From the NCBI GenBank assembly GCA_964187785.1, contig OZ076417.1:2418001-2482000 (forward strand): a DNA stretch of 64,000 nt. Direction: 5' to 3'. Of this stretch, positions 35,803 through 46,053 are shown piece by piece; within the stretch, counting starts at the first letter, position 1, and the number at the start of each line of letters is the position of its first letter. Position numbers and translations under genes: made by a program. The notes under the pieces are model-generated. The model did no database searches. It was not told the origin of the DNA and worked only from the letters and a program-made list of their open reading frames with translations. The DNA is from Amphiscolops sp. MND2022. Taxonomy: Eukaryota.

Positions 35803-36800
35803 CTATCGAGGAGCAGCTATTGCTTGTCGCCTGCCACCACAACGACCCTTGCCAGTCGCCTTCCTCCACTCCTCCGAGACCTCCTGTTGTGATGTTGGCA
35901 ACTCGATGTACCACATCGAGCAAGCATACCCCTCCTCCACAATTGTTATGACACTGTGGGCCCAGGCATACGGTAAGTACAGTGTCTTGGAGCTGTCTAG
36001 AACACAGTACAGAATTTGCTTCTTCTGCGCTGGCGACAGATTCCGCAGAAACCGCACAGCCTCAGAAAAGCCCTCCTCAGAGTCGTTCGCCCCTGCAAAC
36101 CTCTCTAGCTGCGACCCAGTGTTTCCAGGATGACACAGCAACCATAGCTTTCTCCCCCTTACTAATGATAGCAAGGAGTCGGCTGTGTCCAAGAGATCAT
36201 AGTGGAAGGCACGAAAAGATGAACCCTCCACTTGAATTACTCGAATTGGCTGCTGGACACTCCCCGGCCACGAACTCACTGCCTCACCATCCTTCAATTG
36301 CCGGTCCCCTCGGGTCTTGCTGGGATGATCCGGACAATTTCTGGCCGCAGTGCCCTCTGTTAATCTCGAAGTGGCCACGTAGTCCACCGATGTGGTCTCC
36401 AACAGCTCCTTCTACAATAAAACATTCAGATAAACCCACAATTCAATCAAGTGTATTTGCAGTACTACTTCAACCAGATCGAAGTTTTCTCGAAGTTTAT
36501 TTATATACCTTTACATCCTCTGGCAAATCCACGAATTGGCCCTCCAACACAGCTGCCTCCCTCCTACTGGACAGGACCTGCTCTGGGGACTTTACTGACA
36601 ATGGAGTCAGACCGACAGCGCCGCTGACGACATCACCCCAGAACCCCTCGAGCGTCTCTGGATCCAGCCTCTGTTTTCACCCTCCTCGATGGCCTCTCTC
36701 TCAACTGCCCAATTGGTGGCCGACGACGTGCTCGCCCCTCCCTCTCCCGATTCTCCGAATCGCGGTCAACTTCAACTGTAAGATGATCATATTCACTCAT
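35803..36800 (-). CDS. Antisense, spliced JmjC-domain (Fe/2-oxoglutarate dioxygenase, histone-demethylase-like) gene inside the BEL 3' region
   Basis: Exon 36411-35803 is open for 202 codons: FHYD (H at 36204, D at 36198), LVRGRKLWLL, CVL...TLYLPYAWAHSVIT (H at 35958). Intron 36508-36412 (AAG|GTATA...TTGTAG|AAG). The upstream exon from 36808 has ATG 36800 but needs one frameshift. Confidence 0.8.
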
Positions 36801-36849
36801 GACTCGATCTGAAAGATTAAAGTAAAATTATACTTCAAGGCCGCCGGAA

Positions 36850-37076
36850 TGTTGAGATCTAAAGAAGAAAAATTCGAAGCTCGCATGTCACTTTAACAGC
36901 AATCTGAACGTTTCAACCAATCATATTCATTCACGTGTAACTTCCCTAAACATTTGCTTTTCCATTCAATTTCATTCACACTTTTGTCAAACTCTCACTA
37001 GAAAGTTGATTCTTTTCCCTCTTCCTCTCTTCAACTCAATAGAAAACAGATTCATTCAAAGCTCAATTAGTAAACA
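36850..37076 (+). repeat. BEL LTR (second copy, shared between tandem units)
   Basis: Preceded by PPT-like AAGGCCGCCGGAA and followed by the PBS and gag. About 5 differences from the first LTR. Confidence 0.9.
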
Positions 37077-37111
37077 TTTATTGGTGCCGCTATCGACCCG
37101 GGAACAGAAAC

Positions 37112-38162
37112 ATGACAGAAGCATTACGACGAACAAGGGCAGGACACCGGTACAATTACCTGTGTCGAAAACAAAACGAGGCAGATCTTGGAAAAAGATC
37201 CATCGTTACTTACAACTCTAGAGTTAGCTACATTACGATGCAGTTTAACAAAATGCAAGGAACAACAAACAAAACTAGAAACGTTGATCAACAAATTAAC
37301 GAAGCAATGACAGCAGCAGAAGTAGAGGAAGATGCATTTCAAGAGGAAAGAAATCCAGTAGATGAAAATGATCTAAAAATCTGTACAATCATCGATGCGT
37401 TGCAATTCGTCATCGACGCCGCAGCCACCAGGCCGGAAACAACTGAGGATGCTGCAGAACCAACAGCACCACCTGCACCAGAGTATAGCCACGCGCCCAT
37501 TGGACCGAAAAAGCCCACTACAAAATCTCGCACCGTTCTTCGACAAAGAATTCAACGTTATTCGGGTCGGAGCTCGACTCGGACAATCACCATACTGCGA
37601 AAACAAGAAATTTCCAGTATTAATCTCAAAGAACTCATCACTAATACCACTCATCATTCGTCATTTTCATGAAGCGTCGCTTCATGGAGGGGGGCAACTA
37701 ACCCTCAATTTGATTCGTCAAGAGTTTTGGATTGTCAATGCCAAGCCATTAGTCAATCAATTATCAAAGAATGCATCACATGCTTTCGATTTAATACAAC
37801 TCCTCCAGTCCAACTAATGGCCGATCTTCCAACCGAGAGAGTAACCCCTTCACGACCTTTCACACACTGTGGAATTGACTTTGCCGGACACTTCCTAGTG
37901 AAGAATGGAGAAACAAAGAACAAAGTCTACATAGCCATCTTCGTTTGTATGAGTACAAAAGCAGTGCATATGGAGTTAGTCTCAAGTCTCTCAAAAGATG
38001 ACTGCATAATGGCGCTGAATCGCTTCATTGCCCGCAGAGGAATGCCTGCTAAAATACTTAGCGATAATGGAACCAACTTCTTGGGAGCAAGGAATGATCT
38101 GATCAAGCTCAACGTACTACTAGACAAAACTGATCGTGACAATTCATTGATAACATTTGTCA
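37112..38162 (+). pseudogene. Third deleted BEL copy (gag N-terminus/integrase), truncated by a switch back to gag
   Basis: Same CGC junction at ~37496. An 11-nt filler CAACATTCAAT lies at 38163-38173. Confidence 0.88.
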
Positions 38163-38173
38163 CAACATTCAAT

Positions 38174-41100
38174 GAGTTAGCTACATTACGATGCAGTTTA
38201 ACAAAATGCAAGGAACAACAAACAAAGCTAGAAACGTTGAATCAACAAATTAACGAAGCAATGACAGCAGCAGAAGTAGAGGAAGATGCATTTCAAGAGG
38301 AAAGAAATCGAGTAGATGAAAATGATCTAAAAATCTGTACAATCATCGATGCGTTGCAATTCGTCATCGACGCCGCAGCCGCCAGGCCGGAAACAACTGA
38401 GGATGCTGCAGAACCAACAGCACCACCTGCACCAGAGTATAGCCACGCGCTCAAGCTTCCTAAACTATCATTACCAACTTTCTCTGGAAAATACAGTGAA
38501 TGGCTTCCATTCTTTGATCTTTTCATGGAAACTGTGGATGCCAACAAATCCCTGAGTGATATTCAAAAGCTCCAGTACTTGAAGACATCACTCAAAGATC
38601 AGCCTGCAAGATTACTTGCTCACTTACCAGCAACAACCGCTAACTATGAAGTCGCCAAGGATCTTCTAAAAGAGCGTTATGCAAACAAGAGGATGATTAT
38701 CCGCACACACTTGGAAGCTATAATCAAGTATCCGCCACTACAACGTGAGTCATCAGATCAATTGAGAAAGTTAGCTACTGTTTTTCTTGAAAATTCCTGG
38801 GCATTGTTAGCTCTGGGTCAAGACTCTAGTGAATGTGACTATTTTTGGGTTTATATAATCTCAGAAAAGTTAGACCCTGAAACACGCAGACAATGGGAAC
38901 TCAGCAACACAAGCGACGAGCCACAGACAATGAAAGAGCTGACAAAGTTTTTGGAAGAAAGAGCACGAGCCCTCGACTTCTCAAATTCACCAGCAGCAAC
39001 CAAACAAGACAAAAGTAAAAGAGAATTACAAAGTTATCACTCGCGCGAAAATACTATTCTCGACTGTCCAAAATGCAACGGAGCGCATGCCGTTTACAGC
39101 TGTGAGCAGTTCAAAGACCTTTCAATAGAAGAAAAGGTTGACTTTGTCAAATTAAAAAATTTGTGTTTCAATTGTCTGAGGTCCGGGCACTCTATTCAAG
39201 AGTGTAAGTCCAAATCTACTTGCCGCACATGCAAAAAACGGCACAATACGCTGCTCCACCGCCCTACGATGCCATCTAGCCACCAAGCAAGCTCGCAATC
39301 ATTTCTGGGGCATGGGGGTGCCACTTCATGTGACCTCACTCTGTTGCCAACAGCAATGGTACAAATCAAAACAAACTCTGGCAAGGTCGCATCACTTCGT
39401 GCACTCCTAGATAGTGGTTCCCAGATCAGCTGCATTACAAAAAAGAGCCGCGACCGCTTGGGGTTGAAATCACGACAAGCAAGTGTCAGTGTCACAGGTA
39501 TTGGTGGAAATCTAACAGCAAAGTCAGGATCAATTGTGTCAATTCAACTCACTCCGCCAAATCATCAGACAATTTCCACAACAGCTATTGTACTAGATCG
39601 TGTTGCAAACCAGCTGCCAAGCTATCCAGCAACCAACCGAATCCTCACTAGCATGAAGTACATCACTTGGGCAGATCCCAACTTCACACGCCCTGGTGAG
39701 GTAGACATGATACTAGGAGCGGATGTCTACGAACAAATCGTCGGACAAGAAAAAAGGACTATCACAAAAGATCTATTCGCTCGCAACACACTGTTTGGAT
39801 GGGTTGTATCTGGCCGTACAAAGCAGCAATCATCGAGTTCCATTCCAGTCAACAGCTTTCACATCTCATTAGATGACCAACTCAAAAAATTTTGGGAATT
39901 GGAAGAATTACCAACAACTAAACACTTGACGCCCGAGGAAACAGCATGTGAAAAACTCTACGAAGAGACGACCAAATTCATCGACAATCGCCTGGTAGTG
40001 AATCTTCCATTCAAGAAGTCAGTCGAGCTAGGTGACAGTCTCGAGCAAGCCAAGAGGAGATTCAGCTACCTGGAAAGAAGACTTGATGCCAAACCAGATC
40101 TACGCAAAAGGTATTAGGCCTTTATCCAAGAATTCCTTGATATGAATCACATGGAGGAAGTACCACAACACCAAATGCAACGTCCTGCGAACCAATGCTA
40201 CTACTTACCCCATCACTGCGTCTTTAAAGAAGACTCAACAACAACCAAGTTGAGAGTAGTCTTCGATGGGTCAGCAAAAACCAGCAACGGTATCTCGATC
40301 AACGAAGCTCTCATGGTCGGACCAGTCGTCCAAGGTGACCTCTTCGCCATCATCACACGATTTCGGTTCTACAAAATCGCACTGACAGGAGATGTAGAAA
40401 AAATGTACCGACAAGTAGGACTCAGAGAAGAAGACAGAGATTTTCATAGAATCTTGTGGAGAGAGACATCATCATCACCATTGAAGCACTTTCGTCTGAC
40501 GCGAGTGATCTACGGTGTATCATGTGCAGCTCATCTCTCAACAAGAACACTCGTCGAAATAGCAAAGCGAACTCAAAAACCTCATGTGGCCAAAGCTCTC
40601 AAACATTCCTTCTATGTTGATGACTATCTTGGAGGAGCTAACTCTCTTGAAGAAGCCCACCAGCTCCTCACAGATCTTCGTCAAGAACTCCTACACTACG
40701 GGTTTCCCCTCAGAAAGTGGTCTTCTAACAGTCAAGATCTCCTAAAGTCCATCGACAAGGATCTACGTACTGAAAACGACGAATTGAAACTCTTCAGTGA
40801 AGATTTCAAAGTGAAGGCTCTGGGAATCAAATGGACACCGAATTCTGACGAATTCATTTTCAAAAGTTCATTGGACCCACCGCAACAGCTAACTAAGCGC
40901 AATTTGCTCTCAGCCACGTCAAAACTATTTGACCCACTAGGTTGGCTAGCACCCATAGTCATTCAATTCAAAATTCTCATGCAATAAACTTGGGTCAGAG
41001 GACTCAATTGGGACGACGAGGTTCCCGATGATCTCAAGCAGCTCTGGACAGAACTGCGCTCAGAACTTCCAGCACTCAATCAACTAAAGATCCCACGATG

Positions 41101-43231
41101 TGTGATGAAGAACACAATTGCCAATCTACAACTACATTTCTTCTCTGATGCGTCAGAGAAAGCGTACGCAGCAGTCGTATATTCCAGAATCACAGACGAC
41201 ATTGGACACGTCAACGTCACTCTACTTTGATCGAAAACACGAGTAGCTCCAGTAAAAACCGTCTCACTACCACGACTCGAACTTTGTGGTACCGAATTAG
41301 CCGCCAAACTTGCATCAACAATGGTGACAACTCTAGAAATCATCAAATCTGACATCTCACTTCACGCATGGACCGACTCAACCATCGTGCTACAATGGTT
41401 AGCACAATTACCAAAAACATGGTCAACCTTTGTTGCTAATGGAGTTTCACATTCAAACAGTGCTTCCCCGATCAGCTTGGAAACACGTCTCATCCATAGA
41501 CAATCCTGCCGATCTAGCTTCACGCGGATGCATTGCCTCACAATTGGTCCTGACGGAACTGTGGTGGAAAGGACCTAATTGGTTGTCAGGTGCTGAAACA
41601 TCATGGCCAAATAGCTTTCCTGAAGTTACCAGAGATGTACCCGAACAGAGAACCAATGCGCAAATCCTCACAACCACCACAGCAATCAAAGAAAATGCCA
41701 ATTTCATCGACTTCAAGCGATACAGTAATTACAATAAATTACTCCACGTGACAGCACACGTCATTCACTTCGCGAAGAAGCTCAAAAAGCACGTGCAAAC
41801 TCCAAAAGTCGACTCACCCCTTCATCCAGTGAACATTGCTAAGGCGAAATTCTTGCTACTTCATCATGACCAATTACAGAACCTTCCAAAGGAATACATA
41901 ACTTTACAATCAGATCGCCCATTGGACCGAAAAAGCCCACTACAAAATCTCGCACCGTTCTTCGACAAAGAATTCAACGTTATTCGGGTCGGAGGTCGAC
42001 TCGGACAATCACCATACTGCGAAAACAAGAAATTTCCAGTATTAATCTCAAAGAACTCATCACTAGTACCACTCATCATTCGTCATTTTCATGAAGCGTC
42101 GCTTCATGGAGGGGGGCAACTAACCCTCAATTTGATTCGTCAAGAGTTTTGGATTGTCAATGCCAAGCCATTAGTCAATCAATTCATCAAAGAATGCATC
42201 ACATGCTTTCGATTTAATACAACTCCTCCAGTCCAACTAATGGCCGATCTTCCAACCGAGAGAGTAACCCCTTCACGACCTTTCACACACTGTGGAATTG
42301 ACTTTGCCGGACACTTCCTAGTGAAGAATGGAGAAACAGAGAACAAAGTCTACATAGCCATCTTCGTTTGTATGAGTACAAAAGCAGTGCATATGGAGTT
42401 AGTCTCAAGTCTCTCAAAAGATGACTGCATAATGGCTCTGAATCGCTTCATTGCCCGCAGAGGAATGCCTGCTAAAATACTTAGCGATAATGGAACCAAC
42501 TTCTTGGGAGCAAGGAATGATCTGATCAAGCTCAACGTACTACTAGACAAAACTGATCGTGACAATTCATTGATAACATTTGTCAATCAACGAAATTGTG
42601 AATGGATCACAATCCCACCACGAGCTCCACATTTTGGTGGAATCTGGGAAGCCGCAGTGAAAAGCATGAAGCGACACTTGCGGAGAGTGGTTGGCAAACA
42701 AACCTTTTCATATGAAGAATTTCTCACAATCATCAATCAAGTTGAAGCTGCCTTGAACTCCAGGCCGATATCACCTCTCTCAAATGATCCCAATGATCCA
42801 CTAGCCCTCACTCCAGGCCATTTCCTCATTGGAGACACTCTAATGTCAATGCCGTCAGGAGCACCTTCAAAGAGCAATCCAGTACAAAGATTCCGTCTAG
42901 TCAAAAAGATTCAAGAAGATTTCTGGAAGTCTTGGAAAAGAGATTACTTAACCGAGCTTCAAATACGAAAAAATGGTTCGTGAATGGCCCAGAAATCCGC
43001 GTTGGTGATTTGCTGCTGCTAGCAGAAGACAATGAAGCACCACTGCACTGGAAAACAGGCCGAGTGATCGAGATTTACTCTGGCAATGATGACATCACAC
43101 GAGTCTGCAAAGTCAAGACCGCTTCCTCGACTTTGATACGACCCGTCGTGAAACTACGAAAGCTACCGATTACCTCTGAATCAGCTACCACCCCTGCGAC
43201 AACTGACGGTGTTGGATACGTTAGTGTCTGA
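38174..43231 (+). pseudogene. Near-complete BEL/Pao gag-pol (gag, CCHC x3, PR, RT, RH, IN) with a few stops and frameshifts
   Basis: ORFs ending at 40117, then 40142-40987, 41430-42983 and 42932-43231, carrying the BEL motifs listed above. Confidence 0.93.
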
Positions 43232-44035
43232 CATCATAATTCACTTACCTTTCATTGAAAGAGGCCACTCTTCCTCAAACAAAGTGGCACCCCTATGCCC
43301 CAAATGAATTTTCGGGCAGAATTTCCTTACCACCGCTTCAGTTAGATATTCATACAAACGAATTTACTTATGAAAGCGTTTGCATGACATTTTATTTAAC
43401 TGCAGTTCAGCTATTTCATCATTAATTACCTAGCAAAGGGTCCACTTTTTGTTAAACAAAGTGGCACCCCCATGCCCCAATTCAAAATTTGGGCAGAATT
43501 TCGGTACTACAGCTTCGCCTGTATCCTGCCGGTTCCAAATTTGGCATCTTTGCGCTTCTAGCCCTATTAGTTATCTCTTATGTTTGAAAAACTTACCTGA
43601 ATTGGACTAAAAGTTCGTCGTTCGACTTCATACTAAGTGGCACCCCAGTGCCCCAAGGCAGATTATGACCTCGAAATTGCACTCAGCACCTCGCAAATTT
43701 ACCCCTGCGATTCGAATTATGCCTCAACCCTGCCTTATTAACGCAAGTATTCGTTGTACTCATTTCAACAATTAATTCTCTGTTCCTTTGTATTATACTT
43801 CGCAATACAAAGTGGCACTCCGGTGCCCCATAACGAGTTATGGAGCAAAGATTGCCTTGATTACCCTCCCTAATACTCATTACGCCTCGTACTCATGCCT
43901 TTCGGATCATCGTTGAAGAAAAACAGCAAAAAACAGATTCTTTGCATTTGTATTGAAACTTTCATTACATTACCTGTTGCATTATTTCAAGTTTACATGC
44001 AATGATTTGAAAGATTTACCAAATATAGTGCTTAC

Positions 44036-44333
44036 CTATCGAGGAGCAGCTATTGCTTGTCGCCTGCCACCACAACGACCCTTGCCAGTCGCCTTCCTCC
44101 ACTCCTCCGAGACCTCCTGTTGTGATGTTGGCAACTCGATGTACCACATCGAGCAAGCATACCCCTCCTCCACAATTGCTATGACACTGTGGGCCCAGAC
44201 ATACGGTAAGTACAGTGTCTTGGAGCTGTCTAGAACACAGTACAGAATTTGCTTCTTCTGCGCTGGCGACAGATTCCGCAGAAACCGCACAGCCTCAGAA
44301 AAGCCCTCCTCAGAGTCGTTCGCCCCTGCAAAC
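44036..44333 (-). pseudogene. Truncated second copy of the JmjC C-terminal exon
   Basis: Near-identical to 35803-36100 (YVWAHSVIA versus YAWAHSVIT). Confidence 0.85.
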
Positions 44334-45744
44334 TGTGTGCTGCTGCTTTACTTGATGACAAGTGAGTACAGTAAAAACTTCAATTCGCAAATTTGTGTTC
44401 TTCAATTTGGTCAGTGCCAAATCATGAACGATGGCACGTAGTGGAACTAAGAAAGGAGTAGAGACAGTTGTGATCAAAGGTTTTGAATGAAGAAAGACGA
44501 CGGGTCAAATCAGTTGACTTATTTTGCTCGAGGTAGTTAATTTAGAAATGTAGATTTGAGGAGTTAGTACCTCAAAAGCATTTGCAAAGGTCAGTACTTC
44601 AAGGAAGACGACTAACTGTGCTGCAGTGCCTGGTCTTTTTAAGAAAAAGCAGAGGTGAAGAAGTCATTTTATGCGCCTGAGGTGGTTATGTTTCAAAATG
44701 GTGTAAAAAAAAAACATTTTTAACCGAGAAATAAGTTACGAAGATGTTGAAGCTACGATGTGTAATTTTCGAGTATTGACCAAAGTTCGAAAGATGGTTT
44801 CAGTGCTTTTCTCATAATAGCTGACGGACCAATTGACCTTTGGATGTTGTTTCAATCGCCATCTAGAAGACACCTGACAAATTTGAAATGATAATCGAAA
44901 GTTGCTGAGGAGACGTTTTATCAAGATTGAAAACATTTCTCTTGTCACAAACGTTAGATCCATTTTCAAATTGCCTGTTCTTCGGGAATCGGGCCTTTCT
45001 CACATACTAATAGAGAAAAAACACGACAGGTTTTAGAAAACGCTACAGAGTAAATGAACAGTGTGCACAGTGACACATTATATCGTAGTAGCCTTTGAAT
45101 TATTTTAATGAAATAACTTTTGGGCCACCGTTTTCCAGGATGTTTGTGTCAGGAGGATTTACAACTAATGGACGTTACAGTGCAACTGCCTCTGTGGAGA
45201 TGCTTGACTTGATGACTGCAACCGCAGAGTGGACGCAGTGTGCCTCTTTGCATGAGAAGAGAGCGCATAATGCAATGATTGCATTCAAAAGCGAACTGTT
45301 TGTGTTTGGAGGTTGGAATGGTACAAACAAGAATCGAGAAACGTACACGTGGACTCTCGAAACCGCCAGGAAGTTGAATGTTTTTGCTTGTCTGCTTTTT
45401 AAACCGTTTTTATATTGATCAATTTTTAATCTCAGCGAAAAATCTTGATGTTGAAATATTAGGGTAAAAGTAGAGATGTTTTCGTTTCGAGGTTAACGTA
45501 CGTAAATGAAGAACTTTTGTTAGTAAGAATGAACAAACGTGGTATTTTTAGTCGGCGTTTTCGAAGAAAATCCCGACTCTTACAGTGACTAGTTTTTTTT
45601 CGTCAGTTCAACGCGAAACGTCCACTTTTTGTGCATTAATGCACATTTACCAACTTTTACCATATGTACTTAGTACTTCATTTTCAACGCATCCAAAGCC
45701 TCTAACATGAGATAAAAAGCCATTCCAAAGCAGAAGGGTCCACT

Positions 45745-46053
45745 TTTTTCGACACTAAGACTTTCCTCCTTTTTTCGGCACTGTGAGACTGATTTTTTTC
45801 AGATTTTTTTTATTGTTCCTCCAATCAATTTTCCAACAGAATGGATGTTCAAAAAACCCCAAAGCGTCCCCCTTTTACATTTTTTGGCACTATGCGACTT
45901 ACCGGAAAGTTCAAAAAAAATTCGGAATTTTTTTTCTCAATTTTTAGTTTTTTGAGAGCTTTTGTTGTCTCCAGTTGTAGAAAAAGTGGTTTTCGTTTTC
46001 GAGTCTTTTTGAGCCTTAGATATGGCGCCGACGTGGGCCGTTCCCGGCTTGTT
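45745..46053 (+). repeat. Dispersed non-autonomous repeat family (copy 1), ending GCCGAC...CCCGGCTTGTT
   Basis: Homologous to 55490-55933 (+) and ~61690-62290 (-). Internal subrepeats TTTCGGCAYTGTGAGAC and CCCAAAGGGTCCCCC. Confidence 0.7.

Larger units (their letters stand above)
30861..44333 (+). mobile_element. Rearranged tandem array of one BEL/Pao LTR retrotransposon family (deleted copies plus one near-complete gag-pol)
   Basis: Two LTRs, a repeated gag N-terminus, four integrase segments and three 3' regions. BEL hallmarks KLPKLSLPTFSG, triple CCHC, LLDSGSQ, YYLPHH, DVEKMYRQ, YVDD, SDASEKAY, GIDFAG, SDNGTNF, GIWEAAVK. Confidence 0.95.

Noticed and set aside
35982-36812. 276-aa plus-strand ORF as an env-like or extra BEL gene
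   Set aside because: It is S/P-rich with no motif or TM segment, runs across the minus-strand intron, and is best explained as the shadow of the GC-rich JmjC exons.
37727-40117. 796-aa integrase-gag-protease fusion ORF as a new domain order
   Set aside because: It is created by the template-switch junction at 38163-38173. The normal BEL order is evident in the rest of the copy.
7400-44300. Numerous short antisense or alternative-start ORFs overlapping pol genes
   Set aside because: They are shadow frames of retroelement coding sequence. TTG/GTG starts are not meaningful in this eukaryotic DNA.
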